NCBI GenBank assembly: GCA_002269645.1
Contig: NIVC01003512.1
Location: forward strand, 1-64,000
Source: Macrostomum lignano
Lineage: Eukaryota
Direction: 5' to 3'
DNA length: 64,000 nucleotides
Shown here: piece after piece, positions 39,301-49,784 of the stretch
Layout of the letters: each line of letters starts with the position of its first letter
How positions within the stretch are numbered: position 1 is the first letter of the stretch
Made by a program: the position numbers and the translations under genes
The notes under the pieces: model-generated
What the model was told of the DNA's origin: nothing
The model's input: only the letters and a program-made list of their open reading frames with translations
The model's database searches: none

Positions 39301-41708
39301 GTCGGGCCGACTGTCCGACAGCCAGCAGTTGAAGTCGAAGGTGAGCTGCTCAGCCGTGTGCGCGTCCGTCATGACCAGCTGGCCGACGCACCAGTCCGGA
39401 GCGGGGCCTGAGCAGTCGTGGCTCAGTCGGACTTTCATCACCTCACCGATTGGGCCCGTGTTAATCTAAAAATGTAAAATTTGTTCCTATGTGAACTCAA
39501 AATCACGACTGAATAACATTTTTTCTGAACATTCTGCGAGGAAAATAATAATTGATTACACCTGCCCCAATGGCCAGATGTGCAACCGACAGCTCAGCCG
39601 CAGCTATTGCGCGGCGCATCTGAAGGCTGCGTACGGCTGTTCAGTCCAAGGACTGGGGGGGGGGGGGGTCGCCACACGCACCCTCAATTACCCCAGCTAA
39701 TGCTGGCACCCATTTTACAGCTGGGTGAACTGAAGCAATGCAGAGTTAAGTGTCTTGCTTAATGACACAAATTGTTCCGAGTGGGTCGAGAATCGAACCC
39801 CCGACCTTTCAGTCGATACTTCAAAATATTGACTTTAATTAATAAAACTCAACCGTAGTTAAAAAATGAAAAATGGAGAAGCAGATACGGGGCGACAACA
39901 GCTCGCACTAAAGCACACAATAGCCCAGCAAAGTCGCAGATTGACTTTTGCATGCGCAATGTTTGAGCAAGATTGTACCTGCTGTTGACTCTGTGCCGGA
40001 GTTCGATAACTACTGCTTTGTGGGCAAATATAAGCAAATATGCGTCTTGCTAACTACCTCGAATTCGTCTTCTTGGCCGGCTTGGAAAGGGTCAACAATG
40101 CAGTCGGTTTGGATTGGCATGCTGAGCGCTATGGGCTCCGAGCTGCCCTGGCGGCCGTACACTGTGATGAAGACTCGGCTGCTGGTGCCGTGCTCCTCTG
40201 GCCCGGACTGGGTGCTCACCCGAACTTGCCACTGACCCTCTGCGGAGTGACATTCCGAGTTTCACTGAGCAGATTTATTTGAGCAATAAAATAACTTGTA
40301 AAAGACTCAACTATCTGATCCCTGACTCTTCCATGAGCACTCCTCAGATCCCTGAGTGAGCTACCGCTTCCACTCCTCAGATCCCTGAGTGAGCTACCGC
40401 TTCCACTCCTCAGATCCCTGAGTGAGCTACCGCTTCCACTCCTCAGGTCCCTGAGTGAGCTACCGCTTCCACTCCTCAGATCCCTGAGTGAGCTACCGCC
40501 GTCACTCCTCAGATCCCTGAGTGAGCTACCGCTTCCACTCCTCAGATCCCTGAGTGAGCTATCGCTTCCACTCTTCAGATCCCTGAGTGAGCTACCGCTT
40601 CCACTCCTCAGATCCCTGAGTGAGCTATCGCTTCCACTCTTCAGATCCCTGAGTGAGCTACCGCTTCTACTCCTCAGGTCCCTGAGTGAGCTACTCCTTC
40701 AAAGAGATTCTCAAACTCCAAGTTATCTCCCGCACCGAATTCAAAAGTTTCATAACCCCGCAGTCATCTCACTCGACTTCGAGGCATTCGCCCGGCTGTC
40801 TCGATTGTTGTTGACCCGCCTGCTGCCCGCCGGTTGCAGCGACTTGGCGCCAGCGCCGCCTTTGCTACCGTCAGCAGCCGGCCCGCCGTTCCAGGCGTTC
40901 ATCGGCTTGAACTTTTCGGTGCCGGCCACCACCAGGTGATCGGAGCCGTTGTAGATTGCGGATAGGGACTCGATCTGCACGGCCGATCAGAATAGGGCTA
41001 AGTAGACCAGCTACAGACTAGGGTACACAGCAACGATTCAACAATTTAACTCAGCTCACCGGCTCGCCGTCCACGGTGTAGAGGCGGCGCACCTGCATCT
41101 GGAACATGGCGGACAGGTCGTCCAGCACCTGCTCGTAGTCGCGCACGTTCCGCTTGTTGAGCAGCACGATGTGCTTCTTGAACGGTTCGCCGTTCTTTCT
41201 AGCGTAAATCCGTTTGCAGTCGGCCTGACGAAACGTCGGCGCGTAGGGCGCCGGCCCAGCCGCGTCCGGTTCTGAGCCCGGGTAGCTGCGGCTGTCCGGC
41301 TGGCTGCGCCTCGGCGCTGGCCGGATCGGGTCCGGCGCGGTACCGTTGCGCGCTTTTCCGCCGGCGCCACGCCAGGCAGGCGGCGGCGGCAGCGGCTGCT
41401 GTTGGCCTGGCAGCGCTCCCGCCCGGCGCTGGTTTGTGGAGCAAACGTAGTGGCCCTGGTTGGCGAAGTCTTCGACTGAGGCGACACGGTCGCGACCTTT
41501 CGGCGTGAAGACGGCGCGGACTCCGTAGCTGAGCTCCGGCATGCGGCCGGTGAGCTCGGTGAGCAGTGTGTCGAGGCCGCGGTAGCGGTTGGGGTGGATG
41601 GCCAGCCGCACGGGGTCCTTGTGCTGCACTCCGTCTCGATGGAAGAAGACAGTTTTAGCCGGACGTGGCCGGTTCTGCTCGTTGCTTGGGCCCAGCTGGG
41701 GCAGCGAA

Positions 41709-41753
<45 letters not shown>

Positions 41754-41935
41754 TCCTGTGGTTGATCGCTGTGGCCGTTTTCCATTTTGCCTTCCTCCAA
41801 GTCGAAGATTTGCTCTTGCGTTTCGTCGGTACCTTCTGCGGCTGCTGGAGCTGCCGCCGGAACTGCCTCCTCGTCTGCGAGCGGCCTATCGGAGGGCGGC
41901 GCCGGCTCTGGATCCGGCGCGGCTGCTGAGGACAT
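24334..41935 (-). CDS. RP1/LOXHD1-like protein, 1289 aa: DCX-DCX, PLAT x2, beta-trefoil-like region, Pro/Gln linker, PLAT x2. Exons 41935-41060, 40974-40773, 40239-40058, 39465-39246, 36002-35845, 34358-34201, 33820-33570, 30248-30139, 28979-28512, 28427-28241, 27437-26728, 25975-25768, 24473-24334
   Basis: All 12 introns are GT-AG with matching phases (0,1,0,1,0,2,1,0,0,1,0,1); summed CDS 3870 nt, open. DCX motifs KTVFFHRDG...RYRGLDTLLTELT...GVRAVFTPKG and RRLYTVDGEP. PLAT motifs YTVEVRTG...VSVVLFGDYGDTG...FQMGQTDVFELEAVYLGRIKKLVIGHDGKGAGYGWFLDSV. The last exon is the least certain. Confidence 0.85.
24869..25358. repeat. 42-bp minisatellite (intron 12)
   Basis: Unit CTACAGGGCTAGAGGGTTGGCAGCCCCAAGCACAGCTCCCAA; source of the 14-aa periodic ORF. 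Confidence 0.96.
26075..26215 (-). mobile_element. Partial copy of SINE family B
   Basis: Reverse complement CAACCCCCAAGGCACAGAGACTGTACATACCTGACCATTAG...CCGCTGTACACCCTGTGTGAGCG aligns with 9522-9585; also carries a GCGCCACGACCCCTTGGTT head remnant. Confidence 0.6.
26391..26620. repeat. Three ~70-78 bp tandem units (intron 11) carrying GTCACGTGAC
   Basis: AAAATAGAAA...GTCACGTGACTGTCCATTCT repeated. Confidence 0.85.
27980..28212. repeat. 26-bp minisatellite (intron 10)
   Basis: Unit ATTCACCAGTGAATCATCCGCTCCCT. Confidence 0.93.
29020..29152. repeat. 22-bp minisatellite (intron 8)
   Basis: Unit CCCCAACTGTCTACCCTGGCAT. Confidence 0.88.
30265..32903. repeat. 21-bp minisatellite, ~125 copies, with an 840-bp higher-order duplication (intron 7)
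   Basis: Unit GCCAATTGATAATGTGTCTC(T/A); variant GATCAT units recur at +840 (30841/31681 and ~31176/~32016). Confidence 0.98.
32905..33130 (-). mobile_element. Near full-length copy of SINE family B
   Basis: Minus strand: head TAGTTTAGCCCGG...GGCTCGATTCC (B-box-like), then CACATTAATTTGGGGCT and CAACCCCCAAGG...GTGTACAT...CCGCTGTACACTCCTGTGTGAG, shared with the 9222-9615 copy. Confidence 0.6.
33135..33535. repeat. 25-bp minisatellite (intron 7)
   Basis: Unit GTCACTGATTGTTCACAGCTAATCG. Confidence 0.96.
33885..34135. repeat. 19-bp AT-rich minisatellite (intron 6)
   Basis: Unit TGTACATTCTAAGAGCAAA. Confidence 0.9.
34720..35484 (+). CDS. Secreted EGF / calcium-binding EGF / 2x fibronectin type II protein, 254 aa, intronless, nested antisense in intron 5 of the RP1-like gene
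   Basis: Leu-rich signal peptide; CTGGARCLGYRCGCPDG; cbEGF consensus DVDEC...CVNLQGGFACNC; FN2 CVFPFVYRGKRYTHCT....LWCG...DRDNRWVAC and a second CVFPTRYQG...C...LCSLTSNFDAD; GC-rich codon usage like neighbouring exons. Confidence 0.88.
   Translation: MFRRRLSLLLQPMLPLLLQLLLPDIQPATACSATSVREIQSKIVNGKLAAIRCSDIKGILRGGSLMDPATYIECLPNSTEHACTGGARCLGYRCGCPDGLVYIGALGCTDVDECSLKLGGPACTGPQDRVSCVNLQGGFACNCTQPGQQYHPEWGCTDSPECVFPFVYRGKRYTHCTSADRGYLWCGLSDDVDRDNRWVACPLSYGTAHCVFPTRYQGELRSGCFVDKPTGKRLCSLTSNFDADREAELCMEVA
36020..37103. repeat. 44-bp minisatellite, ~25 copies (intron 4, abutting the exon 5 acceptor)
   Basis: Unit GGAACTGCATCTCTGTGGCTTGTACAGTTGGTGTGGGTTCTTGT. Confidence 0.97.
38638..39245. repeat. 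47-bp minisatellite, ~13 copies (intron 4, contiguous with the exon 4 donor)
   Basis: Unit CTCTGCACTCTGCACTGCAGCAGTGGTCAGCAGTCCCAGTCACTCAT. Confidence 0.97.
39557..39817 (-). mobile_element. tRNA-derived CORE-like SINE (family A), 5'-truncated copy in intron 3
   Basis: Highly similar to 47639-47906; B-box-like GGTTCGATTCT; CORE-like CCCATTTTACAGCTGGGTGAACTGAAGCAATGCAGAGTTAAGTG on the plus strand. Confidence 0.75.
40338..40692. repeat. 33-bp minisatellite (intron 2)
   Basis: Unit ACTCCTCAGATCCCTGAGTGAGCTACCGCTTCC. Confidence 0.95.
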
Positions 41936-42194
41936 CGAGGCGGCTGCTCAACTGCCAGCGGCAATGGGGGAACCAGCGCAGTAGGGTGAGGGTCAGTTGC
42001 AACTAGTTTGCTTGTCCACCAGAATGTTGGTAGCAAGAGGCTACTCCACGAGGCAAGCGGGCTGGAGGGAGAGAAACAGTGGAAGAGCTGAGGCGAACGG
42101 GGAGAGTGCGGAGAGAGGAGAGTCGCGTCGAGCTGAGCGCGCAGTTGCTTAAATAAATGATTAGAGACACTTCACAAGGCTTGCTGCGCCATCG

Positions 42195-42209
42195 GTTGCC
42201 AATGACAAC
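42195..42209. promoter_or_regulatory. RFX X-box candidate 260 bp upstream of the RP1-like ATG
   Basis: GTTGCCAATGACAAC matches the GTNRCC-N(0-3)-RGYAAC type palindrome. Confidence 0.6.
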
Positions 42210-42403
42210 CACCTGGCACGCCAGTGCAGATGCGTATTAGGGTTGGCTGGTGGAGCTACTGGGGGTAGGGAAGACCAAGTTTAGGACCAAAGAGCACAAA
42301 TCTGATCCCCGAAGCGCTGCGCAGACAATGGCCCTTCCTCTCTATCAATTCTCTCTCTGTGTTTCTACTTCTCTCGCCACCCTTTCTCGCGGGCGCCTTC
42401 CAA

Positions 42404-42416
42404 ATGCCATGGCAAC
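42404..42416. promoter_or_regulatory. RFX X-box candidate
   Basis: ATGCCATGGCAAC (reverse complement GTTGCCATGGCAT). Confidence 0.55.
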
Positions 42417-42853
42417 CAGGGGGGGGGGTCTATTGAGTGGCAGCTGACCCAATAAAAGTAATATGGTACCCCTGATTCCGTCGTTGCCGGTCCGCCTGAC
42501 TTTCATAGCCAATTCTCAATATGCAAAGCGCACTGCCCCCGGCTCCGCCCGAGCGAATTGGGCAAATGGAAAGGCAGGGAGAGACGCAGAACCAAAGACC
42601 GGAGTCGCCATGGAGCCTGAGCAGCCCAGGGCGGCCGATTGGAGTGGCGCAGGTGGGGGTCTGGCTTTGATTACCGAGTGGGGAATTAGTCCCAGCTACA
42701 AACTGACTTCTCTGGTTCAATCCGGAGCGCCAGCGGGCTGCAACCAGCGCCCTCCTGTCCGGTTTTTATTCTTTGAAGTGGCGACGGGACAATTTTTAGA
42801 GGCGCCACACAGCAGTGCTGGATAATCAATTGCGGCCGAGGCGCAGGCACCCC

Positions 42854-42878
42854 GTTGCCATGGGGTTGCCATGGTCGC
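42854..42878. promoter_or_regulatory. Tandem X-box-like half sites
   Basis: GTTGCCATGGGGTTGCCATGGTCGC. Confidence 0.45.
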
Positions 42879-44802
42879 TTTGCGTAGCTAGACAATTTCT
42901 GTGAACCGGAACCGGGTCTCGTTGACATTTGATGAAAACATTTTGTTCAAGAGCGGAACCCTCTGGTGGCCTATGTGTTTACATACGTCCCTCGTGCCTT
43001 GGTGGACAGGCAGTTGATGTTTAGGTGGCTCAAGTTGACCAACTGACACTGAAATACTCTGTCAGCTTGTCAAACATTCTGAATATTCGTAAAGCATGCT
43101 CTCAATAATATACAGAGGAAAATGCAAAAAACTCCCTAGAGCTACTAGAGCCACCAAAAGACACCAATTAAGAGATCCCTGAGTCGAGTTGAGATTGAGT
43201 AACACCGTGGGCTGGCCAAGATAAAGTTCCTCGTTAGTTGTACGAGCGTAGTTAGGCTTTAAAAGAATAGGCTTCTACTTATGTTCAAAGTTAGGTATGT
43301 TAGCATTTTTATGGCATTACCATAGAGTGGAGCGTAGAAATTCATATGAAAAACTATTGGGATGCATTAAAACAAAGTAAACGACTTTCGAAAAAAATTT
43401 CCTTAAAAATAATCGTAGCACAGAACCTGAAAACTTAATTTTTAAACTTGAGCTTTTAACAGTGGTTGATTAAATAACTGATTGAACTTTAAATCTAATT
43501 ACTTCCAATGTTTTAAATTGTCTTTTGTTTAAGTACACATACTGTTTGAGTCACATATCGTTAAAATAACTCAGTTTGAAACGGTAACGCAAATAACAGC
43601 GATATAGTAGGTGGAAAGCAATTCAAATTGTCTTTAAATTTACAAAACGACTTGTCCCTAATAAATTCTAATCTGATCCTAATTCCATCCTAATTCCAGG
43701 GGAATTCTTTAATGAATTGAGCAGGCCTGTATCATTTGACTTTTAATGTTACTTAAATTTTATTAGTAGAAAAGCAGACTTTACAATGAATCTACACACA
43801 TATTTTTCTACCATTTAAAAATCAATGACAATGTAATAACTTGAAGAATAATTGTTTTGTAAGAGATTGAATATTCTAGTCAGAAGGTACTTTGTTGGCG
43901 TCCAAATTAATTTTATCTTTTAGCCAAATAAGTTTCCCTGATACATTGTGTTTACGCTTCTGTAGTATATTCATTTTAATATTGCAATATATTATGTTGT
44001 GTATTGTGCATAGTATTGTACGATTATTGACAGTCTGTGGAGCAGTCTTTTGAATTTCAGATTTTCGCTGGCTCCCTTTTAGTTTTACTTTGTTTGAAAC
44101 ATGCATTTCATAATACTCGTACTACAATTGTAAGTTAACAAACATGAAAACAGCTTATTCGACTTCGTACCACTAAACCATTGCAGCCTATATAAAAAAT
44201 AATTTTTGCCAAACTGTCAATGATAATAAGTGCAAACGGGAAATCACAAAATGAAAGAGCAATAATACGAGCATGAATTTTTTGCCTTTGCTTTTTTCTT
44301 TTTAAATAGAAACAAAAAGATATATCTTACCATTTTATGAAAACCAGAATAGTATTTTAATTTCTTTGCCACCTGCTTGCAACAAAAAATGAGTCATACA
44401 CCGCGCGGCAAATAACTCGGTAATTTTGAAAAATTGCTTGTTCTATTTACGTTTTATCCGTTTACTAAAACAAAATCTTTACAAATTACAGCACAACTCG
44501 TGTAAAAAATAGTTTGAATTAAAAATTATAGTCGAATTTCATTAAGAATTAATTTTCTTTTCATTATAAATGTAATCTAGCAGCTTCACGAATCAGTGGA
44601 TAAGTTAATTGTTACGTTCTAGTAGCTTGGGCTTGATTTAGAATTTTTTTAAGCGGTCAAGTCTAAACATCTGTCAGTATTACAGTGTTAACTTAGTTGT
44701 AATAGCAAAGAGGATTGGTTAACAATTGTTTAATAATGTTACTAAATTGTCTTACATTTAGACTAGACAGGAACAATTCAGAATTAATAAATTAGAATAA
44801 TA

Positions 44803-44896
44803 CCCGGGTGGCGCATAAGTAACTTTACAAATTTGAAACTTTTAGTTTATGTCGATGTGTACACATGTACGAGTAGTTACTTATGCGCCCCTCGGG
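44803..44896. mobile_element. Tc1/mariner-type MITE, 94 bp
   Basis: TIR CCCGGGTGGCGCATAAGTAACT vs reverse complement CCCGAGGGGCGCATAAGTAACT (20/22); TA on both flanks. Confidence 0.75.
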
Positions 44897-45425
44897 TATG
44901 TGTGATGAATTGTATATATATATATACCTATACCTAAATGTGCTAACGATCTACTAAAAAAATTCCTTGCTTGCAATTAGGTACTCGTAGATATAGTCTC
45001 AGAACTCAACAGTATGAGAAGGCGTAGTCGGATGGAAGCTAATTTAGGACGACTTAATAGAAAGAAAACTTGTAGAAAATTTCTTTAGAAAACCTAAATT
45101 CGCGAAGTGCGAGTACTTCAAAGCTATACAAACTTTTCACCAGTGCGAACTCGGAGCTGTTCCGATGTTTTTTGGCTTTGTCTTTGTTTAAATCTTTTGG
45201 ATGCTGTTCAGCAACCAGCGGGAAACAGAAGTGACAAAAAACTGTTTATGAGGGAAATTATTTGCAATGCCGATATACAACTGCTGAGCGTGAACGGCAA
45301 ATTTCGGCGAATGTGATTCGAACTGCTTAGCAGAGTCATGAATACTGGAAGAGCCATTCTGGCAGAAGTAACAGCTTTCCATGAGAAAGCAGCTATGTAG
45401 TGAACTCCCCAGATTCAATGCCTTG

Positions 45426-45613
45426 AAGGGGAGGGGGCATCACAAACCCGAAAAATCACAACTCCGAAAAGCGCTTTTCATCATAAACCCGAAATATCAT
45501 AAACCCGAAAAATCACAACTCCGAAAGTTCTAGCAATGTCCAACACTATTTTGGTTTTCGGAGTTGTGATTTTTCGGGTTTATGATATTTCGGGTTTATG
45601 ATGGCAACCCCTT
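45426..45613. mobile_element. MITE-like element with internally repetitive inverted repeats
   Basis: Perfect 47-bp inverted repeat 45480-45526 / 45556-45602 built from ATCATAAACCCGAAA and ATCACAACTCCGAAA subunits; no clear TSD. Confidence 0.65.
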
Positions 45614-46371
45614 TGAGGCACCGCAGGTCACTCAGAATTCCCTCTTTTGAGCGATGTAACCTAGAAATAAGAAGAAGGAGAAACATGATTCGATCGCATG
45701 CTTGATATTTACAACAAAGAACTGCATCCTACTCAAAAGTCAAAACTCACCTAAATTATTATACAATACATTTACTTTCATTTCCAGACTAAGTCACATT
45801 CTCCGCAGAGGTGTAGCAGCTCACTTTTCTAAACAGGTGATTAGCAGTGATTAACTGGTGGGAATACCAAGCCATTTTTCCGCCCATCGAACTACCAACC
45901 TCCTCCGTCAAGATATTCAACGATTCTGCCAAAAGTTCGGATTTTTCCCTTAAGCGCCAGTGTATTCAGTGCACCCCTCAGTGCAGCCTTGCCAAGTCTC
46001 CGAATTTCATCAGCACGTCCACCACATGTGTCTGCATCAGCTGTGACTTCGTTGGTCACTAGCCTTCACCCAGGTGGAGCTTCTGGACCTTCAACAGGTG
46101 GCACCAGCTAGGTGACTATGGACACCCCGTTGCGAATTTCTTTTGTTTCGCTAATCAAGCCTCGACAGTGGGCAAAGCCTCAACTGCTAGACACCAGGCG
46201 TTCACAATACTATTACAGTAAAAACAAAGAAAAATCAGCACAAAGTATGATAGCTACTACTGTGCACTCGACATTTGGAGGAACTTATTTTTCATCGTAA
46301 TGGTAATTTCACTTGATTTTATGTGGATTTAGTTAAAACTTAAAAAATCTGTCTCATATCCATAGTCACCT

Positions 46372-47110
46372 TGTCAGCTCAAGTGACTCAGCCAGTTAAG
46401 ATCGGTCAGTTCAAGTGACTCAGCCAGTTAAAATCGGTCAGTTCAAGTGACTCAGCCAGTTAAAATCGGTCAGTTCAAGTGACTCAACCGGAATTAAAAC
46501 CGGTCAGTTCAAGTGACTCAGCCAGTTAAGATCGGTCAGTTCAAGTGACTCAGCCAGTTAAAATCGGTCATTTCAAGTGACTCAACCGGAATTAAAATCG
46601 GTCAGTTCGAGTGACTCAGCCAGTTAAGATCGGTCAGTTCAAGTGACTCAGCCAGTTAAGATCGGTCAGTTCAAGTGACTCAGCCAGTTAAGATCGGTCA
46701 GTTCAAGTGACTCAACCGGAATTAAAATCGGTCAGTTCAAGTGACTCAACCGGAATTAAAATTGGTCAGTTCGAGTGACTCAGCCAGTTAAAATCGGTCA
46801 GTTCAAGTGACTCAACCGGAATTAAAATCGGTCAGTTCAAGTGACTCAACCGGAATTAAAATCGGTCAGTTCAAGTGACTCAACCGGAATTAAAATCGGT
46901 CAGTTCGAGTGACTCAGCCAGTTAAAATCGGTCAGTTCGAGTGACTCAGCCAGTTAAAATCGGTCAGTTCGAGTGACTCAGCCAGTTAAAATCGGTCAGT
47001 TTAAGTGACTCAGCCAGTAAAAATCGGTCAGTTCAAGTGACTCAGCCAGTTAAGATCGGTCAGTTCAAGTGACTCAGCCAGCTAAAATCGGTCAGTTCAA
47101 GTGACTCAGG
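46372..47110. repeat. 32/34-bp minisatellite, ~23 copies, each with TGACTCA
   Basis: Units GGTCAGTTCAAGTGACTCAGCCAGTTAAAATC and GGTCAGTTCAAGTGACTCAACCGGAATTAAAATC. Confidence 0.96.
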
Positions 47111-47638
47111 TCAATGTCTTGGCCAAGTCTGCTTCTCTGACTAATAATTGCAGCATTTTCGTGCCATGAGTTGATTAAAAAGTCAGTCAACATTTGAAAC
47201 AAAAGAGGACAAATTGAATCTATTGATTTCCTATCAAACGGTGCCAATATTGTATTCTACAGCGTGCAGAAAGCTAATTGAGATAAGTCCCGATGGGACT
47301 CATAAACACGGGCTACATTTGTTATTATCCATAAATTGACGTTGGCAGTAATGTACCTTAAGCTTAAGCTTTGGAAACTTGGAAAAAACTTTCTGGAGTT
47401 TTCGAACTTTCACTGCAAGCTACAGGTCACTCCATTCGGGAAGCATGTATGAAAATGATTGCAGGGCAAGCTCAAACTTGCTGTTTGAGTCAACTAACAC
47501 TCAATGGCCCTTCAAAGGAAATAGAAGTCGGATGAGAGAGCAACTTCTGAAGCAGTCAAAAAGTCAAATCAAAAGGCACTGTAGTTGCCGACCAACAGTT
47601 ACGAAAATCGTTGGAGACGAAAGCGGGACTCGCAAACG

Positions 47639-47906
47639 TACACCTGCCCTAATGGGCAGATGTGCAACCGACAGCTCAGCCGCAGCTATTGCGCGGCGCA
47701 TCTGAAGGCTGCGTCCAAGGACTGGAGGGTCGCTACACACACCCTCAATTACCCCAGCCAATGCCGGCACCCATTTTACAGCTGGGTGAACTGAAGCAAT
47801 GCAGAGATAAGTGCCTTGCTCAAGGACACAAACTGTTCCAGTGGGATCAGGAATCGAACCCCCAACCTTTCAGTTGTGATTCCGACGCTCTACCACTTTG
47901 TCTCCA
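47639..47906 (-). mobile_element. tRNA-derived CORE-like SINE (family A), near full length
   Basis: Minus strand: AGTGGTAGAGCG head, B-box GGTTCGATTCC (47860-47850), then TGTGTCCTTGAGCAAGGCACTTATCTCTGCATTGCTTCAGTTCACCCAGCTGTAAAATGGG, which resembles the MIR CORE domain as I recall it. Confidence 0.78.
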
Positions 47907-48647
47907 ATAGAAAATATTGAACGAGTAACTCCATTTGTGCTTCGTGAAAGTTTGCCAAGCATTAACCACGGCTTGCGAATGTGGCTTGTGATCTTAGAAA
48001 AAAAAGAAATTTTAACTGCAGGACTTGAGCCGATCCAGAATTTTTAATTTCAACTATTTTTGCATGACCGCGCACAATTGGTGAATTTTTTTACAAGCTC
48101 TTCCAAGCACTTTCCAAGGTCCAGCCTGTGCCTTTCGGATTCCAAATGCAAGCAAGTGATATGACTGGTGACACTAACAAATTGCGGTCAAGTTTCAACG
48201 CACCTCCCCCCTGCATTGCTTGATTGCTTGCCGACAAAGTAACTTCTAGGAGGGCTAGTAATTGTTTACTCCTTCTTTACTTCTTAGTTGAAGCCAGTGT
48301 AAATTGCAGCACCTGTCCAGATCTCTGGCTGGCCCTCCGGTTTTATACTGAGAGTGGACAGAAGAAGCGGTTTAGATAGCAGAGTTCACCCTTGCCTGGC
48401 AGGGGTTTGCATCGCGCTGGCCTGATATCTGTAGGTTGCGCTCGCACTATCTCTAGCACTCATTGCAAGAATTCGGACAGGCAGAAAGCCGAAAGCACTT
48501 TGAATTCGTATTGGCCAATAATAGCAGCAGGCACTGATTCCACCGGCTCTTGCCTGCACTGTTGCATGGCTGCACAACTACAATTTTTAATCTTAAATTT
48601 TACAATTTTCAACAAAAAGGGCAATATGGGAACACGAATTTCAAAAC

Positions 48648-48775
48648 CAACATCTTGTCTTGTCTACGGCGCTAAATTGGTGCCAACATCTTGTCTGCGG
48701 CGCTAAATTGGCGCCAACATCTTGTCTGCGGCGCTAAATTGGTGCCAACATCTTGTCCAGGCGCTAAATTGGCTT
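48648..48775. repeat. 31-bp tandem repeat, ~4 copies
   Basis: Unit AACATCTTGTCTGCGGCGCTAAATTGGCGCC. Confidence 0.88.
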
Positions 48776-49784
48776 CAAAATCTTTTTTTCGGGATTTCAT
48801 CTGACCACCTCACCTTACAAGCCTAACAGGATTGTATAACTTTAACAGCCCTTTAACTTTGATAGCTCCATGCCTGTTGTCAGGTGATTTGAGAGCTTGG
48901 AAATTCTAAGTAAGGCCTTCTAAATGCTTCGACAAAAATGCAAATACATGTCATCTTTTCGCTCACCTATGTCGACTCTTTCTTTAAAACTTTAAATAGA
49001 TTGTTCTCGGAAACAAACCTGTGTCATTTTCGGCCCTCAAAGGTGCGAAAAGGGGTGAAACAAGTGTAAAAAAGGCAAGAAATACGCGCTGGCAGCTTAG
49101 GAAGCAATATTAAAGCAATTTTGCAAGCAAGCAATAACATATAAATTTGAGATTTGAGTACTTGCTCTGACTAGTTCAATGATAAGTATTCTCAGAGTCT
49201 ACAATTGATCAGTTTGAGTCGGAAAGCTGAAAGACAACCACCGACCATCGTGGTGAGACCTGGCCTCAAGGTGTTTATTTTCTTTTCCGTAATGCTTGAG
49301 CAGCTTGAGTGCAAAAAATCAGACAAACTAATTAATTTCAAGTGACTGGGGATTTCACCGACTAGTCTGATTTAGGTCACCTAAAATAATTACTGTGAAG
49401 TTTTGACCAACTGTGTCGAATTCTGCACGATTGGCTGACCACGCAGGAAATCTACTGCGGAGCCGGTGCTTCCTGTCATTCTGGACCGGCTGAATCAAAA
49501 TTAGCATTATCACTAGCCATTTAGCCCCCCTCCGGGTGGCTTCTTAGCAGTTTAGCGCTTGTCTATAAGCAGTTTTGCACAGTCGCTGAGCAAATCTCAC
49601 TAATCTCCGAGCAGTTCTGCAGTAGCAAATCTCTAAGCAGTTTCACACCAATTTTACTGAGACTAAAAAGTTCTAAAAAGTTACATTTCTTAATGTTTGA
49701 AACTTTGCAATGTCAATTCATTTATAGTTCTTTTATGATTATTAGTTATTTTCAAATCCTCATCAGATTACCACTATTCTCCCA

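Noticed and set aside
47840-47906. tRNA genes at B-box sites (also 9441, ~33085, ~51440)
   Set aside because: No complete cloverleaf or acceptor stem; they continue into SINE bodies. The 51440 duplicated B-box was too weak to call.
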